Of a DNA stretch of 64,000 bases, positions 30,976 through 40,294 are shown piece after piece (position 1 is the first letter of the stretch; each line of letters starts with the position of its first letter). A model generated the notes under the pieces. The model worked only from the letters and a program-made list of their open reading frames with translations, ran no database searches and was not told where the DNA came from. The DNA is from an uncultured bacterium (lineage in GTDB: Bacteria; Planctomycetota; UBA8108; UBA1146), in NCBI GenBank assembly GCA_913056395.1, contig CAJXMG010000012.1:8659-72658 (forward strand), given 5' to 3'. A program made the position numbers and the translations under genes.

Positions 30976-31463
30976 TCGGCCCCGAAACTTCAGCATCGAA
31001 AATGCGGTTTCTGCTCAACCTGTATCCCCCGTTTCTGTTTCAGGGGATTCGGGTTCTTTCCATCGAAGAGGATTTCCTTGGGGCACGCGTTCGTGTAGCT
31101 AAAAGCATTTTGACCCGAAATGTCATGGGGACCACCTTTGGGGGCGCCTTGATGTCTGCCGCAGACCCACTCTTTCCACTCCTCTATTGGAAAAGTCTGG
31201 TCAAGAAGGGGGAATATCTGTCGGTATGGCTGAAAAGCCTGGATTCCACCTTTCTGATCCCAGCCACCGAGTCTGTCTTTTTCGAGTTTCACCTCGATCC
31301 GGACAAGCTCGAGGCCGCAAGGCTGGATCTGGATCAGACTGGACGCGCCGACCTCTCCGACGAAATCCACGCCTGTTTCGCTGATGGGCAAAAGGTCGCA
31401 CGATTCCGTATGGTGAGCGCTTTACGCCTGTTGGATCCGGGATCGCCTGCAAATCCATCCTGA
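30972..31463 (+). CDS. Hotdog-fold thioesterase-like protein (DUF4442/YiiD C-terminal)
   Basis: LNLYPPF...GIRV, RN..GTTFGG....ADP, VWLKS. Confidence 0.8.
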   Translation: MIGPETSASKMRFLLNLYPPFLFQGIRVLSIEEDFLGARVRVAKSILTRNVMGTTFGGALMSAADPLFPLLYWKSLVKKGEYLSVWLKSLDSTFLIPATESVFFEFHLDPDKLEAARLDLDQTGRADLSDEIHACFADGQKVARFRMVSALRLLDPGSPANPS

Positions 31464-31480
31464 AATGGATAGACTGCACC

Positions 31481-31515
31481 CTGTGGATCGCCTCGCTGTG
31501 GATCGCTTCATTGTG
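31481..31515. repeat. 15-bp intergenic tandem repeat (2 copies plus a partial)
   Basis: ctgtggatcgcctcg/ctgtggatcgcttca/ttgtg upstream of der. Confidence 0.65.
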
Positions 31516-31538
31516 ACGAAACGCTGGAAAGGGGAGAC

Positions 31539-32855
31539 ATGATTTCACGCATTGCCATCGTCGGTCGCCCCAATGTCGGTAAATCGACACTGTTGAACCG
31601 GCTCGCCAAAAGGCGGATCAGTATTGTTCACGATAAACCGGGTGTGACCCGCGACCGAGTGACGGTCGAAGTGGAAATCGGTGACCGGGTTGTCGAAGTG
31701 ATCGATACCGGTGGTCTCGGTATCACCGATGAAGCGGAGTTGGATCAGGATATTCATCACCAGATCGATACTGCGATTGCGAGTGCCGATCTGGTTTTAA
31801 TGATCGTCGATGCAAAAGATGGACTTCAGGCCCTCGACCATGAAGTGGCCAAGAGGCTCCGTCCGCTCAAGAAGCCGACTCTGCTGGTCGTCAACAAGTG
31901 TGAGGCAGACCGGGACGAAGACATGGTTTCGGAATTTTGGGCTCTGGGACTGGAAGAGCCGATTCCCATCTCTGCAGCCCATGGAATGGGAGTCGTCGAA
32001 CTCCTCGAGCGCTGTGTGGATCTGTTGCCTCTGGGCGGGGAGCACAGTGAGCGACCGGCTCTGCGGATCGCCATCGTCGGTCGTCGCAATGCGGGCAAGT
32101 CCACTTTCGTCAATGCCTTGATCGGTGAAGACCGTGTCATCGTCAGTGATGTGGCGGGGACCACCCGGGATGCCATCGACATCCGATTTGAGAAAGATGG
32201 AATCCCGTTCGTGGTCATCGATACGGCGGGGTTGTTGAGGAACTCCAAGCTCAAGGGATCCGTGGAGTTCTACTCCCAGAATCGGGCACTGCACTCCATT
32301 GGCCGCTCTGACGTGGTCGTGCTGGTGATTGATTCGATGCACGGAACCTCCCAGCTGGACATGCGCATCGCCAGGGAAGTCGTGGATCGACACAAGCCTT
32401 GTGTGATTGCAGTGAACAAGTGGGACCTCGCCAAAGACAAGACCACAACGGAAGAATACGAAGAGTATCTGACTCGCAATCTTCCTTCCCTGTCCTACGC
32501 ACCGGTATTGTTCATGACGGCGCAGAAGGCAAAAAATGTCACCCGTTGCATTTCACTGGTTCAAAGTATGGCCAAGCAGGCGAACAAGCGGGTCAGTACC
32601 GGAGTCTTGAACCGTGCGGTGGATGAGATTCGCAATGGTCCCCGCCCCCGAGTCAAGCATGGCCGGGAGCCGAAAATCTACTACGCAACTCAGGTTGCAG
32701 TCATGCCGCCGACGATTGCTCTTTTTGTGAATCAACCTTCCTATTTCACACCACAGTTGAAGCGCATGATCGAAAACAGATTCCGGGATCTTCTCGAGGT
32801 CCCAGAGGTTCCTGTCAAAATTCTCTACAGGGAGAAGGGCAAGAAGGATGAATGA
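31539..32855 (+). CDS. der: Ribosome biogenesis GTPase Der (EngA)
   Basis: Two GTPase domains (GRPNVGKS/DTGG/NKCE and GRRNAGKS/DTAG/NKWD) plus KH-like C-terminus. Confidence 0.97.
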   Translation: MISRIAIVGRPNVGKSTLLNRLAKRRISIVHDKPGVTRDRVTVEVEIGDRVVEVIDTGGLGITDEAELDQDIHHQIDTAIASADLVLMIVDAKDGLQALDHEVAKRLRPLKKPTLLVVNKCEADRDEDMVSEFWALGLEEPIPISAAHGMGVVELLERCVDLLPLGGEHSERPALRIAIVGRRNAGKSTFVNALIGEDRVIVSDVAGTTRDAIDIRFEKDGIPFVVIDTAGLLRNSKLKGSVEFYSQNRALHSIGRSDVVVLVIDSMHGTSQLDMRIAREVVDRHKPCVIAVNKWDLAKDKTTTEEYEEYLTRNLPSLSYAPVLFMTAQKAKNVTRCISLVQSMAKQANKRVSTGVLNRAVDEIRNGPRPRVKHGREPKIYYATQVAVMPPTIALFVNQPSYFTPQLKRMIENRFRDLLEVPEVPVKILYREKGKKDE

Positions 32856-33375
32856 TCCTGTGAAAGGACGCATCCTGGGAATCGATCCGGGCCTGGCGAA
32901 GATGGGTTGGGGGGTCGTAGACATCGACGGTCCCGGCTTTCGACTGGTGGAATACGGATCCCTGAAAACCGGTGGAGACCAATCCCATGCAGAGAGACTG
33001 CTTGCCATCGATGAGGAAATCTCTGCGGTGATTCGCCGGTTTTTACCCGAAGTTTCGGCGGTGGAAGAGGTCTTCCAGGGCAAGAATGCACGCAGTGCTC
33101 TCGTCGCCGGTGAAGCCCGTGGAGTCGCCATCGTGGCATGCGGGAGAGCGGGGCTTCCTGTGAGGGAGATTTCCGCTTCTGAAGTCAAACTCGGTGTTAC
33201 CGGAAATGGTCGGGCCAGCAAAGAGCAGGTTCAGGCCATGGTTCAAAGGATTCTGGGACTGGAAAAGCCGCCTAAACCGGCGGATGCCGCAGACGCCCTG
33301 GCGGTTGCCATCGTCCGTGGGCAGCGCGACAGGCGCTCCATTTCAGTCGTATCACCCAGGAGCGGTGGCAGTTAG
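32848..33375 (+). CDS. ruvC: Holliday junction resolvase RuvC
   Basis: ILGIDPG, AVEEVF, G.G.ASKEQVQ.MV, DAADALAVA. Confidence 0.96.
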   Translation: MNDPVKGRILGIDPGLAKMGWGVVDIDGPGFRLVEYGSLKTGGDQSHAERLLAIDEEISAVIRRFLPEVSAVEEVFQGKNARSALVAGEARGVAIVACGRAGLPVREISASEVKLGVTGNGRASKEQVQAMVQRILGLEKPPKPADAADALAVAIVRGQRDRRSISVVSPRSGGS

Positions 33376-33451
33376 AGCCCAGTGTCGCTAGACTTTCCCC
33401 AGCAGATTGCCAATGTTGCTCCTTCAGTGGGCGACAAAAGAGAGGACTCAC

Positions 33452-33670
33452 ATGGCCAAGGAAGAGCCCATCGAGGTGACAGCGGTCGTCAAGGAAGCTT
33501 TGCCTAATACGACATTCCGTTGTGAACTCGAGAACGGCCACACCGTACTCGCTCACATCAGCGGGAAGATGCGCAAGCACTACATTCGCATCAATCCCGG
33601 TGACAGTGTCACCTTGCAGATCTCACCCTACGATCTGACCAAAGGCCGGATCGTTTATCGGGAACGATAG
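33452..33670 (+). CDS. infA: Translation initiation factor IF-1
   Basis: [36 protein letters not shown]; GAGG RBS. Confidence 0.98.
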   Translation: MAKEEPIEVTAVVKEALPNTTFRCELENGHTVLAHISGKMRKHYIRINPGDSVTLQISPYDLTKGRIVYRER

Positions 33671-33676
33671 GATTTC

Positions 33677-35242
33677 ATGGCGTTGATTCCTTCCCTTTTG
33701 CGTTCCAGGAGCATCGTTCTCCTGTTTCTGATTCTTTTCACCTCTCTCCCTCTCTCCGCACAGCGGCCTCTGGGAGAACGTGCCGTCAAATCGAAAATCG
33801 ATCATGAAGTCAAGCATGCCTCCCAGTCGGTGACGGGACGGGAATGTCGTGATCATGTGGCATGGCTGGCGGATGACGCACGTGGGGGACGCCTTGCAGG
33901 AACCCTTGGAGCCATCGATTCCGCCAACTACATCGAGAGATTCTTCATGAATCAATCCCTCAAGCCGGGCGGATTGAACGGTGAGTGGCGCCAGAGTTTC
34001 ATCATCCCAGGGAGAACCGGGCAGCGCGGCCCGCTGGAAACTTCCAATCTTCTGCGTCTGAAAGTTTCGGAAGAAGCCCTGAGATCCGTGGATCTGAAAT
34101 ACGCCTCCGAGTTTTTGCCCCATGCCGATTCACCCGATTCGGTCTTGAGTGGTGATTGTGTCTTTACCTTTGGTGAGTTGGTCGCGAATGATCCCCGGGG
34201 AATAGATCCCCTCAAAGATCGAATCGTCGTTCTTCCCGTTCCCGAAGCACTCTCGCGCAAGGATCTCGGTGAGTTCTGTCAGCAGATCTCCGGCCGCGGG
34301 AGCACGGGGCTGATTCTGGTTGGTGCGGGAGCTGCCCCGGCAGATCTCCAACAGCCCGATTCATGGGCCCTCGGATCGGGCGAGCGCCTGCCGATTCCGG
34401 TGGTACGCGTTTTCTCCACAGGTTGTGACAAGTTGTGGAAGATTTCAGGCCGCCCCGAGCGTTCATGGATTTTCCAATCGACAGACGATGGCCCCTTGCT
34501 GATGGGGCGCCCGCGGATTGAGTTGGAAATTCGTCGTGATGGCAGGGATTTGAGCTTGGGCAGTAATGTCCTTGCCCGCTTCATGGGTTCTGACCCACAA
34601 CTTCGATCCGAGTTTGTGGTCATTGGTGCCCACTATGATCATGTGGGTCGCGGGATGATCGATGGCCTTTCCAGAGGTGGAAAAGGTGAAATCCACAATG
34701 GGGCCGACGATAACGCTTCAGGTGTCGCAGCGATGCTGGAGATTGCTGAAGCCTACGCCCTGCTCAGTAAAAAACCGAAGCGGTCGATTCTGTTTGTCGC
34801 ATTTGATGCTGAGGAGTTGGGCTTGCATGGATCCAGTGCGTTCGTTGCCAGCTCGGGCTACGACCATGAGCAACTCCATGGAATGATCAACCTCGACATG
34901 ATTGGCCGTAATGACCTTCAGTCGGTCATGGTCGGAAAACGATCCAGCGACATCTCTCTTGGCATGCACCTCACGCGCAGTGCAAAGGCACTGGGGATGA
35001 CCCTTGATGAAGAGGGGATGGAAGAGTTCCTGGATCGATCGGATCAGGCTCCCTTCCTGAGGGCAGGAATCCCGTCCGTCTTCTTCTTTGGTGGGCTCCA
35101 CGACGACTACCACATGCCCCAGGATGATCTGGAATCCGTCAGTCCGGAGAAGATCTCCAACGTGGCCCGACTCGCCTTCCTGACCAGTTGGTTCCTGGCG
35201 AACGAAGCCGAGTCCGTCAGTTCCGAGCCGTCTTCCAATTGA
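33677..35242 (+). CDS. Exported M28 family aminopeptidase (PA domain)
   Basis: Signal peptide; GAHYDH, GADDNASG, AEELGL.GS, NLDMIGR, SDQ, DYH. Confidence 0.9.
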   Translation: MALIPSLLRSRSIVLLFLILFTSLPLSAQRPLGERAVKSKIDHEVKHASQSVTGRECRDHVAWLADDARGGRLAGTLGAIDSANYIERFFMNQSLKPGGLNGEWRQSFIIPGRTGQRGPLETSNLLRLKVSEEALRSVDLKYASEFLPHADSPDSVLSGDCVFTFGELVANDPRGIDPLKDRIVVLPVPEALSRKDLGEFCQQISGRGSTGLILVGAGAAPADLQQPDSWALGSGERLPIPVVRVFSTGCDKLWKISGRPERSWIFQSTDDGPLLMGRPRIELEIRRDGRDLSLGSNVLARFMGSDPQLRSEFVVIGAHYDHVGRGMIDGLSRGGKGEIHNGADDNASGVAAMLEIAEAYALLSKKPKRSILFVAFDAEELGLHGSSAFVASSGYDHEQLHGMINLDMIGRNDLQSVMVGKRSSDISLGMHLTRSAKALGMTLDEEGMEEFLDRSDQAPFLRAGIPSVFFFGGLHDDYHMPQDDLESVSPEKISNVARLAFLTSWFLANEAESVSSEPSSN

Positions 35243-35269
35243 ACTGATCGAGGGAATCGGTTTCTGGTT

Positions 35270-35339
35270 AGTCTTCTGAACTCAGTCTTCTGAACTCAGT
35301 CTTCTGAACTCAGTCTTCTGAACTCAGTCTTCTGAACTC
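35270..35339. repeat. Perfect 14-bp tandem repeat x5 spanning the acs stop codon
   Basis: (agtcttctgaactc)x5 on the + strand. Confidence 0.95.
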
Positions 35340-37267
35340 TGGGCTGCTCCGTCGCGAATCGCCTCGACGATATCGGAGTTGGCAAGAGTGGTGACATCCC
35401 CGAGTTGCCTTTTTTCCGAGATATCCCGCAGCAGACGCCTCATGATTTTGCCGGATCGGGTCTTCGGCAAATCCGGTGTAAAGACGATGCTGGCAGGCTT
35501 GGCGATGGGGCCGATTTTGGCTGCGACATGTTGACGCAACTCCTGAATCAACTCTTCGCTTCCCTCAGAACCACCCTTGAGAACGACAAAGGCGGCGATG
35601 GCTTGGCCTGTGGTGTCGTCTTTTCTGCCGACGACTGCGGATTCCGCCACTCCATGGTGATCGACCAGCGCACTCTCGACTTCGGTGGTGGAGATGTTGT
35701 GACCGGAAACGAGCATAACGTCGTCCACCCGGCCGAGGAGCCAGAGGTATCCTTCTTCGTCGAGCTTGCAGCCGTCTCCGGGGAAGTACAGGCCATCGAA
35801 TCGGCTCCAGTAGACTTCCTTGTAACGCTGTGGATCCCCGTGAATCCCGCGCAGCATCGATGGCCAGGGGGAACGCACGACCAACAGTCCGCCGTGTCCG
35901 GGTTCCACTTCATTGCCCTCGTCGTCGACGACGACCGCATCGATGCCCGGGTAGGGTGTGGCAGCGGATCCTGGTTTGGTCGTCGTCACTCCGGGAAGGG
36001 GTGTGATCATGATGGAGCCGGTTTCGGTTTGCCACCACGTATCGACGATGGGGCAACGTTCTCCACCGATGAACTCGTGGTACCACATCCATGCTTCAGG
36101 ATTGATCGGTTCACCGACAGAGCCGAGAAGGCGAAGACTGGAGAGGTCCTTCGATTTGGGAATCTCTTCTCCCCATTTCATGAAGGTCCGTATCGCAGTG
36201 GGGGCTGTGTAGAAGATGGTGACGGCGTACTTTTCAACCAGATCCCACCAGCGTCCCTGATCAGGGAAATCTGGGGTTCCCTCGTAAATCAGGCTGGTCG
36301 CTCCATTGGCCAGTGGGCCGTAGACGATGTAGGAGTGACCGGTGACCCAGCCACAGTCAGCTGTGCACCAGTACAGGTCCGATTCCTTGATATCGAAAAC
36401 ATTTCGGAAGGTGCTGCTGACCCCGGTCAGGTAGCCACCGCATGTGTGGACGATTCCCTTGGGTTTGCCGGTGCTGCCAGAGGTGTAGAGGATGAAGAGC
36501 AAATCCTCGGAATCCATCTCCTCCGCCTCGAGGAAATCATCTTGTGAGGGGACGACGTCATGCCACCAATGGTCCCGGCCTTCGGACCATGTGACTTCAT
36601 TTTTACAGCGTTCCAGAACGAGAACGGAAGTCACGGTTTCCTGTCCTTCGAGGGCCTGATCGACATTCTCTTTCAAGGGGACGACTTTTCCCCGTCTCCA
36701 GGCACCATCCTGGGTGATGACACCCTTGCAGGACGCATCGTCGAGTCGCTCGCGAAGGCTGTCGGAACTGAATCCTCCAAAGACCACCGAGTGGGCGGCA
36801 CCGATGCGGGCGCAGGCGAGCATGGCGATGGTGATTTCGGGAACCATGCCCATGTAAATGGCAACGGTATCCCCTTTACCGATTCCCAATTGCTTCAGGG
36901 CGGCAGCACACTGGCACACTTTGGCGAGGAGTTCTGAGTACGTGAGGCTCAGGGAATCGCCGGGCTCCCCTTCCCAATGGAAGGCGACCCGGTCGGGGTG
37001 CGTCTCGACGTGGCGATCGAGACAGGATTCGGTCACATTCAGACGTCCACCATCAAACCACCGGTAAACGGGAGCATCGGAGGAATCGAGGAGACGATCC
37101 CAAGGCTTTCGCCAATGGATCTTTTCGGCCTCGCTGGACCAGAAGGCGAGCGGATCCCGGGCGGCCTCTTCGTGAATCCCTGACTGGGCGTTGGCCTCGG
37201 CGGAGAACTTGCCGGGGGGATCAAAACGACGTTCCTCACGAAACAGATTTTCAATGGCGTCAGACAT
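35324..37267 (-). CDS. acs: Acetyl-CoA synthetase (AMP-forming)
   Basis: YTSGSTGKPKG, WCTADCGWVTGHSY, VGEPIN, DTWWQTETG, PKTRSGKIMRR; GGGAG RBS. Confidence 0.97.
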   Translation of the reverse strand: MSDAIENLFREERRFDPPGKFSAEANAQSGIHEEAARDPLAFWSSEAEKIHWRKPWDRLLDSSDAPVYRWFDGGRLNVTESCLDRHVETHPDRVAFHWEGEPGDSLSLTYSELLAKVCQCAAALKQLGIGKGDTVAIYMGMVPEITIAMLACARIGAAHSVVFGGFSSDSLRERLDDASCKGVITQDGAWRRGKVVPLKENVDQALEGQETVTSVLVLERCKNEVTWSEGRDHWWHDVVPSQDDFLEAEEMDSEDLLFILYTSGSTGKPKGIVHTCGGYLTGVSSTFRNVFDIKESDLYWCTADCGWVTGHSYIVYGPLANGATSLIYEGTPDFPDQGRWWDLVEKYAVTIFYTAPTAIRTFMKWGEEIPKSKDLSSLRLLGSVGEPINPEAWMWYHEFIGGERCPIVDTWWQTETGSIMITPLPGVTTTKPGSAATPYPGIDAVVVDDEGNEVEPGHGGLLVVRSPWPSMLRGIHGDPQRYKEVYWSRFDGLYFPGDGCKLDEEGYLWLLGRVDDVMLVSGHNISTTEVESALVDHHGVAESAVVGRKDDTTGQAIAAFVVLKGGSEGSEELIQELRQHVAAKIGPIAKPASIVFTPDLPKTRSGKIMRRLLRDISEKRQLGDVTTLANSDIVEAIRDGAAQSSED

Positions 37268-37422
37268 GGAGCTCCCTCTTTCCTCAACGATTCACGAATA
37301 TAACGACCAGATGCACCGGGATCGAGGGAACAGGTCTGGATCCGCCATTCGGTGGTTTTCATGGGGATAATCACCGTTAAACTGTCGGTTTGCCCACAGA
37401 CTTTTCACGGGGACCCGCACTC

Positions 37423-39981
37423 ATGAATTTGCCAAAGGCACAGCCCTTGATTCCTTGTCGATCCGCCACGGCTCTGTTGCGGACCCTTCCGGGTTTGTTT
37501 TTCTTTGGGTTATTCCTGATTTTTCACTCACAAGGATACGGAGAAGCAAGGGAGGCTTTGGCTCCTTCTGCGGAGTTCCTCGCCAAAGCAAGAGTGTTCG
37601 TCGACGGCGCCGACATGTCCGGATGTTTCAACCCGGCGGGTGGCTGGAAGACGGTGGATGGCGTGGTCACGGGCCATGGTCGACGCAGTTTTCTGATTGC
37701 CGATCATGAGATCGGAAAAGGGAATTTCGATCTCGAACTGAATCTCACCCTTTCACGCACGGATGCCAACTATGCGTCTCTCGAACTGGGACAGGCAAGG
37801 GTCGTTTTGGGGGGAGATGAAGGCAAGCTGATCTTTCGGGGTTTGCCCAAATCGGATACCCGTCAGGTCATCACCGACCTCAGCAGTGTGGTGCAGGCCG
37901 GGAAGCCTTTTACTCTGGTGGTGCGTCGACGCAGTCAGAAGTTACAGGTGTTCGTCGAGAACAAGCGGGTCCATCAAGTTGAAGGGATTCGCCACGATAT
38001 CGGAGAAATCGGGGTCATCGCCGGTGATGGTGACATGCAGGTACACCGTTTCCGTGTCTCTGGAAATCTCCGCGAGGGCCGTCGAACGATTCGTCTGAAT
38101 CATGAGGCGATGGCTGATCTAAGGGAAGATGACCGCATTACCCTCAGTCTCGAGGCGGGCATCGATTTTCTACTGACCGAATCTCAGGCAGATCCAGAGG
38201 GAATCCTGGCAGGCTCCCATCCGGAGGCAATTCCCGGCTCACGGGCCCTGGAGTGTTACGCCCTGATTACTGCCGGGGTCGATCGTGATCACCCCGTGCT
38301 GCGCAAGCACTTCAAGGTGATCGAGGATTCCATCCCTTCTGCGGAGCGGATGTACGACGTCTCCTGTTGGGTCTTCGCTCTGGATGCGGCTATCACGCAG
38401 GCGGAACAGGATGCATTGATGGAAGCGGGGGTCGACTCCCTGCCACCCTCGGTCCTGAGTCGTCTTGCAAGAAATCATCGCAAGAACCTCAAGGTCGCCG
38501 CTGAAATCCTCTTCAAGGGACAGAATGAAACCGGGGGCTGGCGTTACCAGTCGACCAGTACGGATGCGGATACTTCTGTCACCCAGTTCGCGGTTCTGGC
38601 TCTGGCGGTTCTGGCCAGAAGAAATTTCGATATTGAGCCGCAGGTCTGGGAGGGGGTCTCCCGTTACATCCTCTCCTGTCAGGACAAGGAAGGACCGGTG
38701 GCCAAGCCGGAGATCACCAAAGCCCCTCCCGTGAGTGAACCTCTCGAAGAAGAGTCGGGGCGGCGTCGTAAAAAGGATGGGACCGGTGTCAGGGAGAGAC
38801 CCAAGATCATTCCTCCGCTGACCGGTGAAGAACTCGTGGAGGCCCAGCGAAGGGGATTTCGTTACACCGCCACACATGACAACGCCACCTGGAACATGAC
38901 TTGCGCAGGAGTCTCTTCACTGATGGTTGCCTACGACTACGGTGCAGAAGGCTTTGTACCTGATTTTCGCAGGACCATGCGAGACTCGATTCGTGATGGC
39001 ATCGCCTGGATGACAGAGACCTGGAATGCCACCGACAGTTGTTACGGCATGTACAGCCTCGAAAAAGTCGGCGATCTGGGGGGCATTGAGAAAATCGGCG
39101 GCCATGACTGGTACAGGGTGATCAGCGATCACCTGTTGTCGCGTCAGACCTCGGAGGGGTCATGGATCAACATGGGCAACTACGCCGGTCAATCGACCAG
39201 GGTCGATACCGCCTTTGCCTTGCTGATTCTGAAAAGGGCCAGCGCCATGCTGACCCGATCTGCGACGACCTTTGTGATCTTTTCAGGTGGAGGCTCATCC
39301 TCAGAAAAAGTTCAGTCCGATGAATGGGCCCTGCTGGCAGATTCCGGTCGATCGATCCATTTGCCGACCTTGGTTCGGCAGCTCCGATTGCGACCGAAGG
39401 CCAAGCTGCTGAAGATTTTTGAAGAGGTCATTCTGACGATGCCGACTTACGAGCGGCCAAAAATGCTTCGATATCTGAATCTGATCGAGGAGCGCGTGAC
39501 GGCGCGGGGAGTGATCAAGCGTCTTGAGCACATCGCGGAGTTGATCCGGCCCGGTGGATTCGATTCGCCGGAAGAAATGGAAGAGTGGGCCCAATCATGG
39601 GCGATGGTTCAGGAAATTCTTCGACGGGAAAAGAGTGACCACGGTCAAACGGACGAAGATCCACCTGCTCCCCAACTTTATGAGGCGGGAAAGCATGAGC
39701 AGGCTCTGCTGGATCTTGCCCGCGAATCCGCTGAGAAATCCGATGACGCCATGCGTGAAATTTCTCTGAGAGCTGCCATACAACTCGGTTGCGATGGGGC
39801 CGTGGAATTGTTGATCGAAGATCTTTCTTCCCGTTCGGAGGCATTGCGCGTTCTCGCCTATGGAGGGATTCGTGCCATCCTCGCCGATTCCCCCCCCGAA
39901 TTCGATCCGCAGGAGAAACCACAGGAGAGCAAGGCAGATGCTGTGCGGGTCGCCGCATGGGCAAGGGCACGACTTCGTTAG
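37423..39981 (+). CDS. Large multidomain protein: DUF1080-like beta-sandwich, prenyltransferase/squalene-cyclase-like repeats, HEAT-like tail
   Basis: N-terminal hydrophobic segment; GGWKTVDG..NFDLEL..GEIG..HRFRV; GQNETGGWRY, DTSVTQFAVLAL, RQTSEGSW..TAFALL; helical C-terminus. Confidence 0.7.
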   Translation: MNLPKAQPLIPCRSATALLRTLPGLFFFGLFLIFHSQGYGEAREALAPSAEFLAKARVFVDGADMSGCFNPAGGWKTVDGVVTGHGRRSFLIADHEIGKGNFDLELNLTLSRTDANYASLELGQARVVLGGDEGKLIFRGLPKSDTRQVITDLSSVVQAGKPFTLVVRRRSQKLQVFVENKRVHQVEGIRHDIGEIGVIAGDGDMQVHRFRVSGNLREGRRTIRLNHEAMADLREDDRITLSLEAGIDFLLTESQADPEGILAGSHPEAIPGSRALECYALITAGVDRDHPVLRKHFKVIEDSIPSAERMYDVSCWVFALDAAITQAEQDALMEAGVDSLPPSVLSRLARNHRKNLKVAAEILFKGQNETGGWRYQSTSTDADTSVTQFAVLALAVLARRNFDIEPQVWEGVSRYILSCQDKEGPVAKPEITKAPPVSEPLEEESGRRRKKDGTGVRERPKIIPPLTGEELVEAQRRGFRYTATHDNATWNMTCAGVSSLMVAYDYGAEGFVPDFRRTMRDSIRDGIAWMTETWNATDSCYGMYSLEKVGDLGGIEKIGGHDWYRVISDHLLSRQTSEGSWINMGNYAGQSTRVDTAFALLILKRASAMLTRSATTFVIFSGGGSSSEKVQSDEWALLADSGRSIHLPTLVRQLRLRPKAKLLKIFEEVILTMPTYERPKMLRYLNLIEERVTARGVIKRLEHIAELIRPGGFDSPEEMEEWAQSWAMVQEILRREKSDHGQTDEDPPAPQLYEAGKHEQALLDLARESAEKSDDAMREISLRAAIQLGCDGAVELLIEDLSSRSEALRVLAYGGIRAILADSPPEFDPQEKPQESKADAVRVAAWARARLR

Positions 39982-40207
39982 CGGATTCCTATGCTCTGCC
40001 GGAGTCTCGTCTCAGGGTACCTTTCTGGTGGGATATTCAGCCCTGCACATCCGGAAGAGTGTCGACAGAATTCGGCCGATTTTCCCATTTCCCGTATTGA
40101 ACTGCTGTTTCGCATGTTGTCATTCGCCCGGGGAATCAGGTCACAGAAGGGGAGAATCCCGCCGGAGTTACTCGATTCACCCATGGGAGTTCGTTAACAT
40201 CCAAATG

Positions 40208-40291
40208 ACTGGACTGTTTGCAGGTGGTGGCCCCTCATGGGGGATGGCCCGTCGAACAGTGAAGTGAAACCAATGAGATGAAAGGGGCCGT
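40208..40291 (+). promoter_or_regulatory. Candidate structured 5' leader of ahcY with an anti-SD
   Basis: Stem ACTGTTTG(40213-20)/CGAACAGT(40253-60); inner CCCC-TCAT-GGGG; GGCCCCT(40229-35) is complementary to the SD region AGGGGCC(40283-89). Confidence 0.35.
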
Positions 40292-40294
40292 GGA

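Noticed and set aside
32848-33375. RuvC as a Cas/TnpB-type nuclease
   Set aside because: Size and motifs match the ordinary Holliday junction resolvase in a housekeeping context
35270-35339. Possible CRISPR array
   Set aside because: Units are 14 bp and directly adjacent with no spacers; there are no cas genes
40074-40125. SAM-II/SAM-V-like words (GCCGATTT..CCGTATTG, TTGAACTG) upstream of ahcY
   Set aside because: The required P1 pairing and the 3' GCUAAA/pseudoknot segment were not found
39982-40294. Canonical SAH riboswitch, tRNA or small CDS (39860-40267, 39991-40197) in the largest intergenic gap
   Set aside because: No SAH core motifs, no cloverleaf or T-loop, and the ORFs lack an RBS and protein-like features
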